From an uncultured Dehalococcoidia bacterium (lineage in GTDB: Bacteria; Chloroflexota; Dehalococcoidia; Lucifugimonadales; UBA1127), in assembly GCA_964436745.1 (NCBI GenBank), contig CAYTEC010000002.1, positions 6,287 through 55,738 of the forward strand: DNA of 49,452 nt, in the 5' to 3' direction. A program made the translations under genes and the position numbers. Positions 9,496 through 19,002 of this stretch are shown one piece after another (positions within the stretch are counted from its first letter, which is position 1; each line of letters starts with the position of its first letter). The notes beneath the pieces were generated by a model, which was not told the DNA's origin, did no database searches, and worked only from the letters and a program-made list of their open reading frames with translations.

Positions 9496-10691
9496 CAAAC
9501 CGTTGCCAGGGAGGAGGCGCTGATCTCCTCTTCGGTCAGGTAGCACGCCGGGTCCTCCGCCCACACGTCCCCGTAGGCCGTCTCTGCCCGGATCCGCAGG
9601 TTGCCGTTGCACAGGTCCACGAACGAGCAGCGGGAGCAGCGTCCCTTCAGCAGCCCCCGTCGGTCCTTCAGGCCCCGCATCAGGGGGTCGGAAGTGTCTT
9701 CCCAGATTTCCCCAAACGGCCTCTCCTTCACGTTCCCGAACGAGTAGTGCCACCAGAACTGGTCCCCGTGCACGTTCCCTAGATTGTCCACGCTGGCGAT
9801 CCCGCGCCCGGAGGAGTTGCCGCCGTTGCGCGCCAGCAGCGCGTGCACCTCACGCGCTCGCTCCGGGTCCTCCTCCGCCAGCTTCTGGTAGAGGTAGACG
9901 CCGTCCGTGTGGTTGTCGACCGTGAGCACCTCGATGTCCAGCCCGCGCTCCGCGAAGTCCCGCGTCCGCGCGAAGATTCGGTCCATGGCCGCTCGCGCCG
10001 CCTGGTGGTCCAGGTCCGCAGACAGCAGCTTCCCGCCGCGCCCCGAGTACGCCAGGTGGTATATGCACACCCGCGGAATCCCCTCAGCCTCCACCAGGTC
10101 GAAGATCTCGTCCAGCTGGTGGGCGTTGTGGCTGGTCAGCGTCAGCCGCAGGCTGGTCCGGAACCCCGCCGCCAGGGAGCGACGAATGCCGTCCAGGGCG
10201 TCATGGAACGCACCCTTTCTCCCCCGGAACCGGTCGTTGACCTCCCCCATCCCGTCCAGGCTGATCCCAATCTGGCTGAGCCCCACAGCCCGCAGATTGC
10301 CGAGCGCCATGTGGTTGAGCAGGGTCCCGTTGGTGGACATGACTGTCCGCAGCCCCTTCATCACCGCGTAGCCGATGACCTGGTAAAGGTCGTGACGCAT
10401 CAGTGGCTCCCCGCCCGAGAACAGGACGACGGGCGTCCCGTAGTCGGCAAGCTGGTCCATGAGGCCCTTCGCCTCGTCGGTGGTGAGCTCCCCCGGATAC
10501 ACCGCGTCATCCGAGGACGAGTAGCAGTGGATGCAATGGAGGTTGCAGCTGCGCGTGGTGTTCCACACGACGATCGGTCGCCGGTGCACCGAAGCCTGCC
10601 GAGGCGGGCCACCCGGCCGCTCCGCCTCGCCGTATCGCAGCGCGTCCCCCGGCGTCGATACCCCGCACAGGAGTCTGGTGACGTTCAGCAT
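9495..10691 (-). CDS. ahbC: AhbC/NirJ1-like radical SAM enzyme (Fe-coproporphyrin III synthase)
   Basis: MLNVTRLLCG..GDALRY, RPIVVWNTTRSCNLHCIHCY, LTVDNHTDG, GNSSGRGI, VHGDQFW, WAEDPACY. GGAGG RBS before ATG 10691. Confidence 0.88.
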   Translation of the reverse strand: MLNVTRLLCGVSTPGDALRYGEAERPGGPPRQASVHRRPIVVWNTTRSCNLHCIHCYSSSDDAVYPGELTTDEAKGLMDQLADYGTPVVLFSGGEPLMRHDLYQVIGYAVMKGLRTVMSTNGTLLNHMALGNLRAVGLSQIGISLDGMGEVNDRFRGRKGAFHDALDGIRRSLAAGFRTSLRLTLTSHNAHQLDEIFDLVEAEGIPRVCIYHLAYSGRGGKLLSADLDHQAARAAMDRIFARTRDFAERGLDIEVLTVDNHTDGVYLYQKLAEEDPERAREVHALLARNGGNSSGRGIASVDNLGNVHGDQFWWHYSFGNVKERPFGEIWEDTSDPLMRGLKDRRGLLKGRCSRCSFVDLCNGNLRIRAETAYGDVWAEDPACYLTEEEISASSLATV

Positions 10692-10832
10692 CGCTTCCCC
10701 TCCGTGGCCGTTCTCCGGCCCCAATTGCGAAGATGGTACCGTTGGACCGTGCAGGCGTCGTGACCGTACGCACGGATAGCGTGAAGAAGCCGTGAACGTC
10801 CGATGAGTCCCCGCACGACAACTCCGTTTATG

Positions 10833-12122
10833 CTACACCCTTTCGGCCGACCCCGACTTCGCCTGTGCCCCCGGCGAGCCCCCGGACCACCCCTTCGGGG
10901 GCGCCCCTCCAAAGGCCCGCTGCCGCAGGATGTCCAAGACCTCCGGAGTGATCACCGCGAGCCCCTGCTGTCGAGCGTACTCCTCCGCGGACCGCTTCAC
11001 CCGGCCTCGCATGAAGGAAGGAACGCGGCTCAGGCGCTGCCTGGCGTCGTCGGCCCACGCCACGGCTGTCACAATTGCGGGGGTGGCGGCATCGTGAGCG
11101 CCCTCGCCATGGCCCGGCTCGTGGAGACACCACGGGTCGGCGGCAAGCTCGTCCCCGGCCAGGGAGTAGGCCCGCGCTCGGCACCCGACGCACAGGGGCG
11201 GATCCCCCCGGCTGTACGAGCACTCGCCGCACTTTCCTCCCAGCCGCGCGGCCTGGCCGCGGAACCGGTTCAACTCCGGGGACTCCGCCCAGATCTCCTG
11301 GAAGCCCCTGCGCTTTACGTTCCCGGCCACCGCTGGGAGGTAGGGGCAGGGGGTCACGTCGCCCGTGGGGGTAATCCGGCAGTACGTGGTCCCCGCCAGG
11401 CACCCAGCGCTCCCCTGCGGTGGCATCCCCCGCTCGACGGCGAGCCGCCCAATGTAGGGGGCGCAGCGTGCCCGCACCATCATGCCGGGGAAGCCGTCCT
11501 GGGCATCGAGAACGTAGTTCAGCAGCTCCTCGTACTCCTGTGGCGAGAGGTCGCTCAACTCCTCGCCGCGTCCAGTGCACACCAGGAAGAAGAGGTGGAA
11601 CGCACGGGCGCCCATCCGGTGGGCGAACGCGGCGATTTCCGGCGCCTCTTCCCTGTTCATCTTGAGGGCCGTTGTGTGGACCAGAAGCTCCAGGCCCTCC
11701 TCCCGACATGCCTCCATCCCCCGCACGGCCGCCCTCCAGGACCCCGGGACGCCCCGAAATGCATCGTGCTTCGCCGGGTCCAGGGAGTCGAGGCTGATGC
11801 CCGCCGCGGTCACGCCGGCCTCCCGCAGCAGCCGGGCTCGCCGGGGCGTGATAGGAGTGCCCGTGGTTCCCAGGACCACGCCGATGCCCTGCGCCGAGGC
11901 GTGGGAAGCAAGCTGGAGCAGGTCTTTGCGCGCCATGGGTTCGCCCCCGGTGAGGATGAGGAGCTCCGTGCCCGCCTCCGCCATCTGGCCGATGAGCCTC
12001 AGCCCCTCGCTCGTGCTCAGCTCCCCTGTTCGGCGGTAGCGGGCATCCAGGTAGCAGTGCGGGCAGCGCAGGTGACACGCGCCCGTGATGTTCCAAGAAA
12101 CGATGCTGGGAGCGTACGCCAC
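10833..12122 (-). CDS. AhbD-like radical SAM/SPASM enzyme with C-terminal PCP_red (BchB/ChlB C-terminal-like) domain
   Basis: SWNITGACHLRCPHCY, LTGGEP, FFLVCTGRG, GCLAGTTYCRITPTGDVTPCPY, GKCGEC..CVGCRARA..DPWC and tail WADDARQRLSRVPSFMRGRVKRSAEEYARQQGLAVITPEVL. GTG 12122 lies 8 nt after the upstream stop. Confidence 0.85.
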   Translation of the reverse strand: MAYAPSIVSWNITGACHLRCPHCYLDARYRRTGELSTSEGLRLIGQMAEAGTELLILTGGEPMARKDLLQLASHASAQGIGVVLGTTGTPITPRRARLLREAGVTAAGISLDSLDPAKHDAFRGVPGSWRAAVRGMEACREEGLELLVHTTALKMNREEAPEIAAFAHRMGARAFHLFFLVCTGRGEELSDLSPQEYEELLNYVLDAQDGFPGMMVRARCAPYIGRLAVERGMPPQGSAGCLAGTTYCRITPTGDVTPCPYLPAVAGNVKRRGFQEIWAESPELNRFRGQAARLGGKCGECSYSRGDPPLCVGCRARAYSLAGDELAADPWCLHEPGHGEGAHDAATPAIVTAVAWADDARQRLSRVPSFMRGRVKRSAEEYARQQGLAVITPEVLDILRQRAFGGAPPKGWSGGSPGAQAKSGSAERV

Positions 12123-12130
12123 CGCTACAT

Positions 12131-12529
12131 CTACCCCCGTGGATGGTGGAAGTCGCCGCTCTCGCCCCAGGACCGCTGGGCCTCGGCCATGGTGGCCGCG
12201 GTGACCTCGGTGTGGCCCTGGCTGCGAGCGTACGCCTCGATGGCTTCTACGACCACCCCGCGCACGAACTCCGGAATCCGCTGGGCCCGCCCGCGGGCCT
12301 CCTCGGTCCAGGCCATGTCGGCGGACGCCCGCTCCGAGCCTCCCGCCCACTGCTCGTACTTCGCGTCGAGAAGGTCCACGGTCACGGTCGACAGGCCGCG
12401 CATGTGCGCGAGCCGCTCGACGCGCTGACGCGTGAGGTGGCGCGACACCCCTTCTGGAACGCGCCCGAGGCGGTCACGCGCCTCTGGGGTCCAATCGAGC
12501 GGGCCGCCACCTTCGCTGCCGTGGACCAT
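12131..12529 (-). CDS. Small protein made of two tandem PCP_red-like domains
   Basis: Two repeats, WTPEARDRLGRVPEGVSRHLTRQRVERLA..GLSTVT and WTEEARGRAQRIPEFVRGVVVEAIEAYARSQGHTEVT. GGAGG RBS before ATG 12529. Confidence 0.85.
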   Translation of the reverse strand: MVHGSEGGGPLDWTPEARDRLGRVPEGVSRHLTRQRVERLAHMRGLSTVTVDLLDAKYEQWAGGSERASADMAWTEEARGRAQRIPEFVRGVVVEAIEAYARSQGHTEVTAATMAEAQRSWGESGDFHHPRG

Positions 12530-12685
12530 TCGCCCCTCCCATGCGCCTCCACATGCCTCCGCGCACAGAGTGCCGCGCGCCCCCAAGGGAGTCATCCGTT
12601 GGGTTGGTTTTCGTCAGCCCCAGACACCATATTCGCCTCATGGGGGCGAGGCGGACGTGGTCCGGGGCTTCGATTCCGCTATTTC

Positions 12686-12714
12686 AGCATACATCGCGCA
12701 CGGAGGGCTGTCAC
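12686..12714 (-). promoter_or_regulatory. Candidate sigma70 promoter for the PCP_red/radical SAM operon
   Basis: On the minus strand GTGACA-N17-TATGCT. Confidence 0.55.
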
Positions 12715-12879
12715 GAGCGCGCCTCGCGCGAGGGGCAACCCGCCTGCCCGTGGCCAGGGATTTTTTGGAGAGCGCGGGCACTACGCATATCCGTGCGCGG
12801 GTGACCTGGGCCGGTAAACCGCGACTCGCGCCCGTTGCCACGCATGGAGCGCCGCGAGCCGAGCGAGCCCCGCGAACGC

Positions 12880-13668
12880 TCAGACGATGCCCGTGGCCAG
12901 CGCCACCGCCAGCACGGCCAGCAGCACTCCCACCAACCTCCGTATGGCATGCATCGTGATGCCGTTCAAGAAGCGACTGGCCAAGAGATTGCCCACGAAC
13001 GCCGCGCCAATCGCCACGGCGACCACTCCCGCGCTTCCTTCGCCGAGCGCTTCCGAGAAGCGTCCGCTGAAGATTGTCGTGCCGTAGACCGTGAGCCGGA
13101 CCGCGTCCACCAGGAGAGCCGCGATTGAGGCCGTCCCCACGAACGCAGTCGCGTTCAGTCCTACCCCGGCGAGAAAGGCGGAGCGCAGTGCCCCCTGGTG
13201 GCCGGAGAGGCCACCGAAGAACCCCGAGAGCGCCCCACCGAGGGCCAGGTACCGCCGCCCGAACTGCAGAGACGCAAAGACCGGCGTCAGCTCCAGCGCC
13301 GCGAATCCACCTATCAACGCCGCCACCACCAGCTTCACCGACGTGATGCTGAACTCCCTCCCCCCCAGCTCGTACGTGGTCAGCGCCTCAAGGGCGGAGG
13401 TCCAGGACAAGATCAGCGCCCCTCCCACGGCGAAGAGGGCGGCGGGCAACCCGAAGATTATCGTCACCCGCCAGTCGGCGTTGCGCCCGACGAACCCGAT
13501 GCGGAAAACGTTGTTAGCCAGGTGGACGACCGCTGTGGACGCCACCGCGACCGGCACCGGGAAGAAGATGGCGAACACGGGCATCAGCAGCGTGCCGAGC
13601 CCAAACCCCGAATAGAGCACCAGGGCCGAGATGGCCATGGCGGCAAGACCGACGACGATGTATTCCAC
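12880..13668 (-). CDS. TauE/SafE (TSUP) family membrane transporter
   Basis: Very hydrophobic. SGFGLGTLLMP and second-repeat SGFFGGLSGHQGALRS motifs. Confidence 0.88.
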   Translation of the reverse strand: MEYIVVGLAAMAISALVLYSGFGLGTLLMPVFAIFFPVPVAVASTAVVHLANNVFRIGFVGRNADWRVTIIFGLPAALFAVGGALILSWTSALEALTTYELGGREFSITSVKLVVAALIGGFAALELTPVFASLQFGRRYLALGGALSGFFGGLSGHQGALRSAFLAGVGLNATAFVGTASIAALLVDAVRLTVYGTTIFSGRFSEALGEGSAGVVAVAIGAAFVGNLLASRFLNGITMHAIRRLVGVLLAVLAVALATGIV

Positions 13669-13926
13669 GCTGCCCTCCCTTCAGTCAGTCGCGCGCGGCC
13701 CCCCACCGTGGACCGGCGCCCCCCGCCGCCCCGTTGGCATGGATTGTAGCAGAGGGGGGCCGCGGAGGGTCGAGGAACGCGGGGTCCACGGACCGCTCCC
13801 ACGGTCACAAACGCGCGGTAGGCTTGCGGTGGACAGAGCCGAGGCCTTATGCTCCGCCCTCTGAGGGCGCGGCACGAGCGAGACGCCGGCCCACCGCCAC
13901 CAGCGCATCCAAGGAGGAGGCTCACC

Positions 13927-14925
13927 ATGAGACTTGGGATTACTGCGGGCTTTTTGGGCGGCAACTGGAGGACCTCCATCGAGAAGGTGAAGATCGCTGA
14001 GGACCTGGGGTTCGATGCGGTATTCGTGCCGGAGGCATGGGGGGTATCCGCAATCCCGTTCCTGACAGCCATCGCCATGGCCACATCGCGGATCACCATC
14101 GGCTCGTCAATACTCAACTGCTTCTCCCGCACGCCCGCGGCGATGGCCCAGGACTTCGCGGCCCTGGAGGTCATGTCCGACGGCCGGATGGTGCTGGGGC
14201 TGGGGGTGTCCGGCGAGTTTGTGATTGAACACTTCCACGGACTGCCCTTCCAGAAGCCGCTGAGGCGCCTGCGGGAGTACGTGGAGGTCTTTAACACACT
14301 CATGTCTGGCGAGCGGCTGCAGTATGAGGGAGAGATCTTCCAGATGAGCCGTGGCTTCCGGCTGGACTACGAGCGACGCCGCGACCGCGTGCCCGTGTAC
14401 ATCGCCGCAATCACGCCCCTATCGATCCGCCAGACCGGGGAGGTCGCCGACGGCATCATCCCGATCCACTGGCCCAAGGGCTTGTTCGGGCAGCTCCGGG
14501 AGGATCTGCTGGAAGGGGCGCGCGCCGCCGGGCGCTCCGATCCGGACATCACCATCGCCGCCCAGACGCGCGTGGCCGTTCTGGACGGGAAAAACGACGA
14601 GGAGCAGTGGCGGGCCGCTCGCCAACCCCTCTTCCACTACGTCAACCGGATGGGGAAGTTCTACTGGCAGATGCTGGAGCGCAACGGCTTCGCCGAGGAG
14701 GTCGGCGCGTCCAGGGCGGCGTGGGAGCAGCGGGACGCGGAGGGAGCGCTGAACGCAGTATCGGACGATATGGTCCGAGCCGTCCAGGTCATAGGGTCGC
14801 TTGAGGAGGTCCGGGCCCAGCTCCAGGAGCGGTCCGATCTTGGCGCCGACCTCCAGATATTGCAAATGCCGCAGGGCGACCCCGCGGATGCGCGCCGGTG
14901 GATGGAGGACATCATCGGCCGGTAG
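13927..14925 (+). CDS. LLM-class flavin/F420-dependent oxidoreductase
   Basis: AEDLGFDAVFVPEAWG, RTPAAMAQ, SDGRMVLGLGVS, VPVYIAA..GEVADG. AAGGAGGAGG RBS. Confidence 0.92.
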   Translation: MRLGITAGFLGGNWRTSIEKVKIAEDLGFDAVFVPEAWGVSAIPFLTAIAMATSRITIGSSILNCFSRTPAAMAQDFAALEVMSDGRMVLGLGVSGEFVIEHFHGLPFQKPLRRLREYVEVFNTLMSGERLQYEGEIFQMSRGFRLDYERRRDRVPVYIAAITPLSIRQTGEVADGIIPIHWPKGLFGQLREDLLEGARAAGRSDPDITIAAQTRVAVLDGKNDEEQWRAARQPLFHYVNRMGKFYWQMLERNGFAEEVGASRAAWEQRDAEGALNAVSDDMVRAVQVIGSLEEVRAQLQERSDLGADLQILQMPQGDPADARRWMEDIIGR

Positions 14926-15108
14926 CGGCCGAGGCGTCGACCCCCTAGTATACTGCGCCCCAGAGGCAGGGGCATGCGGGGTGGAGGCTAGTGCCTAGCG
15001 GCTAGGAGTCTCATGGGGGATTAGGTACAACTGGGGGTGGGGAGATTAATCTCAAGCTAACAACATCGCTCCTTCTCCCCGCCGCATTAGCTTTGCTGCT
15101 GCTGGCTT

Positions 15109-16680
15109 GTGGAGAGGGAGAGCAGGCAACTGACTCCCCTGCCGAAGACGAAACCGTCGCCTTCTAACCACATGCCATCGACGAACCCAGCTATGGATCT
15201 GCGCTTCGAGGATGCAGTGACTCAGTACATCGAAACGAGATGGGACACTTGGGTTAAAGGGGAAAGCATGGGGCGATGCCTCATCGCGAACTCCGGGTCA
15301 ATCACCAAAGAAGCAAAGGAGGCCGTGATTGAGCATGGAATAGATGAGGCTTTCGACAAGCTGTCGGGGGCTCATTCACAGAGCCTCGGTACCGCGTGGG
15401 ACCTGTGCGAATCCGAGGCCGCGACAACCCCCGCCTCATCATCTGAGAATACCGCAGCTGCCATGGTGTCACCAACCTCCGTGCCAATATTGGATTTTGA
15501 GTCAACACAAGGACATGAGAGCTTCTCTGATGTCCTCGAAAAACAATTTGGGGACGCCGTCGACGAGCACTTCGATGCGGCCACAGAAAAGGCTGGGATA
15601 TCCGTGGCCGTCTATCAGGGCGGCTACCTTTGGCGGTACGCCAAGGGCAAGGCGAGCTCTTCGGACGAGATGACTGTGGGTACTCCAACTCTCATAAGGA
15701 GCACCTCAAAGACTTTCCTCGCCGGATTGGTGATGCAACAGATTGATGAAGGGCTATATTCGCTATCCGATACGTTGAGTTCGGTGTTGTCCGGCAATGA
15801 GGACTACGAGACGCTGGACAAGAAGGTGATTAACCCACACGTGACCGTCGAACAGGTCTTGACCATGACATCTGGTATCCAGGGGGTAACGGACTATTAC
15901 GTACCTGAGGTCAGCCTACTCCTGGAGAGCCAGAACTGGAAGCCGGTTGAGGTGATCCGGTTAGTGATCGCCGACTTTGTGCCACCGGGTACTTATGAAT
16001 ACTCGAATACCAACTCGATGCTGCTTGGTCTGATTGCAGAACATGCTGGCCGGCAGCGGTTGAATGAATTGTATGAATCGGTACTCTTTGATCCCCTTGG
16101 CATTGTCGCAGTTCTCCTGCCACAGGACGCCCCGCCGCCAAACACCGCTCGTCCCCACGATGACCGCTCACAGTGGGGCGGTACAGGATTCGGAGACATT
16201 ATGGATAGTTCCCACCATGGAGCTGATTGGTTTTGGGCAACTGGCAAGACTTCGTGGGCGGCCGCCGGGGTGATCACCACCCCTGAGAACATGGCCCGAT
16301 GGGCTTATGCGCTTCTCAGCGACCAAGGTTCAGCTCTTTCGCCGACGGCCCGTGCACGGCTATTGGACTCCTTCTCCGGTCCACTCATAGCAATCGGAGG
16401 ATCACAACCGAAACATCGATACGGCTACCACATCACAAGAACGACCCTTATGTTGTCCAACAGCTCGATTACTGCTTACGGTCATCCTGGTAGCGGGGGG
16501 GGATATGTCTCCGATCTCTTTTATTCGCCCGAGTTAGACATGTCTATTTCTGTCTTGGTCAACTCTCATTCGGACGCCCGAACCCGCGCCGAAGCAGAGG
16601 GCACAATCGGGCATAGCACCCTCGGTGAGATCGCGCACCAGATCTTTCAAGCCTACTCTGATCAAGCCGACTCTGATTAA
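15109..16680 (+). CDS. Serine hydrolase, beta-lactamase class C/PBP family; N-terminal lipoprotein signal appears frameshifted
   Basis: SxxK (RSTSKT), LTMTSG, YEYSNTN, GHPGSGGG. Visibly AT-richer than its flanks. Confidence 0.85.
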   Translation: MERESRQLTPLPKTKPSPSNHMPSTNPAMDLRFEDAVTQYIETRWDTWVKGESMGRCLIANSGSITKEAKEAVIEHGIDEAFDKLSGAHSQSLGTAWDLCESEAATTPASSSENTAAAMVSPTSVPILDFESTQGHESFSDVLEKQFGDAVDEHFDAATEKAGISVAVYQGGYLWRYAKGKASSSDEMTVGTPTLIRSTSKTFLAGLVMQQIDEGLYSLSDTLSSVLSGNEDYETLDKKVINPHVTVEQVLTMTSGIQGVTDYYVPEVSLLLESQNWKPVEVIRLVIADFVPPGTYEYSNTNSMLLGLIAEHAGRQRLNELYESVLFDPLGIVAVLLPQDAPPPNTARPHDDRSQWGGTGFGDIMDSSHHGADWFWATGKTSWAAAGVITTPENMARWAYALLSDQGSALSPTARARLLDSFSGPLIAIGGSQPKHRYGYHITRTTLMLSNSSITAYGHPGSGGGYVSDLFYSPELDMSISVLVNSHSDARTRAEAEGTIGHSTLGEIAHQIFQAYSDQADSD

Positions 16681-17156
16681 CTAGGGTGAGTGGCGTGAAT
16701 GTCCTCGGGTGATCCTTCCAACACACCAAGGTTGCCTTGCAGTGGCTGCTCCTGCTGCTTTCCATCAAGGCCGATCACCCCGTTCTGCTCACGCCTCGCG
16801 ACAGAGGCGTGCTTCTCGAGCTCGTGTCTGCCTCCCAGGCGGCGGAGAATGAGCTCGACGAGGCGCACGATGAGGAGACCATCGCCGAGACCCTAAGACG
16901 GTACCGCGCGCAGCGAGAGCCGGCATTCGAGCACGTGGCGTCCGAAGCGGCGGGATCTGGTTCCTCCAATCCGCCATCCCCTTGAGGCTGCGCCACTTCG
17001 ACGCCGCTTTTGTTACCCCCCGACGCCGATACGCTCGGGGCGACGGTGGGGTAGCCAGCCAGCCCCTGGCTTGACCGCCGACTCGCTCACCGACTACGGT
17101 GCGCCTCACGGACGGCGGAGGCCGTGCCCCCCGGGGCCACGGAAGGAGGCGAGAGC

Positions 17157-17918
17157 ATGGAGTACGAGCACCTCATCTACTCGAAGGCGGGCGGTGTCGC
17201 GACCGTCACCCTCAACAGGCCGGAGGTCCTGAACGCCCTCAACAATCGGCTGCGCTATGAGATCTGCATGGCGCTGCAGGAGTCCGGTGACGACGAGGAG
17301 GTCCGCGTGGTGGTCCTCAGGGGCGAGGGCCGCGCCTTTTCTCCCGGCGACGACCTGCGCGGCACCGCGGCGCCGGTCCCTCTGAGCCAGCAGCGGGGGC
17401 CGGGGGCCGTCGTGGTAGCCCTGCGCAACCTGCTGAAGCCCGTGGTCGCGCAGGTGCACGGCTACGCCTATGGGGCGGGCCTCGAGATGGTCATGGGTTC
17501 CGACTTCGCCATCGCCGCCGAGGGGACCCGGTTCGCATCGCCGTTCGTGAAGCGGGGCATCGGCTGGGGCGGTAATATGCTGCCCCGGTTCATCGGAATG
17601 CGGCGCGCCACCGAGATGCTGCTTACGGGTGAGCCCATCGGCGCCCAGCAGGCTGCGGACTGGGGGTTGATCAACCGCGTGGTCGCGCCGGAGCGGCTGG
17701 AGGAAGAGGTGGCCGAGCTGGCCGGGCGTTTGGCCACGGGGGCAACGGTGGCCATCGGGGCCGTCAAGACTACACTCACAAGGGGTTGGAACCTGAGCGT
17801 CGAAGAAGGCTACAACCTGTCCGAGTTCCAGAACGCACGGGCCGGGCGCGCCGAAGACGCGGCCGAGGGTCGTGCCGCGTTCCGGGAGCGGCGGGAGCCG
17901 GCGTTCACGGGCCGGTAG
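17157..17918 (+). CDS. Enoyl-CoA hydratase/isomerase family protein
   Basis: VATVTLNRPEVLNAL, GRAFSPGDDL, KPVVAQVHGYAYGAG, AAEGRAAFRERREPAFTGR. AGGAGG RBS. Confidence 0.93.
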   Translation: MEYEHLIYSKAGGVATVTLNRPEVLNALNNRLRYEICMALQESGDDEEVRVVVLRGEGRAFSPGDDLRGTAAPVPLSQQRGPGAVVVALRNLLKPVVAQVHGYAYGAGLEMVMGSDFAIAAEGTRFASPFVKRGIGWGGNMLPRFIGMRRATEMLLTGEPIGAQQAADWGLINRVVAPERLEEEVAELAGRLATGATVAIGAVKTTLTRGWNLSVEEGYNLSEFQNARAGRAEDAAEGRAAFRERREPAFTGR

Positions 17919-17948
17919 AGGGGCCGGGCGTGGCGACGACGCGGCGGG

Positions 17949-18775
17949 TCATGCCGGGCCGGTCTTCCGAGCGCGGAGCGAGTACATCAGCGGAAGGCGG
18001 TCGCGACCTTCCGGGAGACGCCACCAGCCATCGTCGCCATGGACCAGGGAGGGAACCATCTGCGGATAGCAGACCCGATGCTCGTTCAGGAGCTCGATGA
18101 CAAGCCCCGCGTCGATCAGTGCGCTCACGATCTCCCCAAGCCCGTGGTTCCACTCGTAGCTCGTGGCGTTGCGCAGCCTCGCATCCGGGTTGGCGTAGTC
18201 CGTGGAGCTGTCCCATCAGGTCGGCTGGGCGGCCTCGAAATAGGGGCGTTTGATCACGAGCTCACCGTCGGCGCGCTCGTCGTCCAGCGACCAGAGGACG
18301 GGATGGTACTCAAGGATGCAGAAGGTCCCCCCAGGACTTAGGGTATCTGACACGACCCGTGCCCACCCTCTGATGTCGGGAATCCAGCAGAGCGCGCCGA
18401 CGCCCGTATAGACGATATCGAACTGCTCGCTGACCGTGGCGGGTGTGTCATACAGTTCGCATACTGTGAACCGTCCTGGGACCCTGGCATCCCGGCTCAG
18501 CTTCCGTGCCGCGGCTACGGCCGGCTCCGAGAAGTCGGTCCCCGTGACGGTCGCCCTCAGACGAGCCCACGGAGGGTGTCCAAGCCGAAGTGGCACTGCA
18601 GGTGCAGCAAGCTCTTGCCGCTGACATCGCCGAGCTCTTGAACCTCTATCGACGTCAGCGTCGACCCGCCAGCAGTGAACCCCGCCAAGTCGTACATCGA
18701 GCCAGCCATCGTGCGATGTGGGACTCGCTCATCCCAGTTTTCCCGGTTGGCTGCTCGGTACACATCGAGTGGCAT
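17949..18775 (-). pseudogene. Class I SAM-dependent methyltransferase, disrupted
   Basis: ANRENWDERV..GKSLLHLQCHFGLDTL, frameshift near 18575, then VTGTDFSEPAV..FDIVYTGVGALCW, in-frame TGA at 18216-18218, then YEWNHGLGEIVSALIDAGL..LPLMYSLRARK. Confidence 0.85.
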
Positions 18776-19002
18776 GCCTGTTTGTCTTCCCCGGGTCTCC
18801 GCCCGCCCCGTGCCGCGTGGGCGCGCGCATGACAGGCCGTGGCTGCATGGGCCGCGACAAATCGTACCTCCATCCTCGTACCTCCATCTCGATGCGTTCC
18901 GCCAGTGAGTCGGCGTCCCCCCCTCCTCCGCCCGCCCTTGACCGCCGCATCCCGCCAGTGTAGGTTGCGCCCGCTACCGCGAATCCCCCACGGAGGCGGC
19001 CC

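Noticed and set aside
10758-10800. CGTGA-N6-GCACG palindrome and GTGAA repeats upstream of ahbC as a regulator site
   Set aside because: The match to CRP/Rex consensus is too weak in GC-rich DNA to call.
12590-12640. CTGACGA/GATGAC segments suggesting a hammerhead ribozyme or fluoride riboswitch
   Set aside because: The required stems and remaining conserved nucleotides could not be assembled.
16686-16985. Short ORF after the serine hydrolase with an upstream in-frame TGA
   Set aside because: No RBS or recognisable family. It may be a gene fragment but cannot be supported.
18216-18218. In-frame TGA as possible selenocysteine
   Set aside because: It is not at an evident catalytic Cys position and the gene also has a frameshift.
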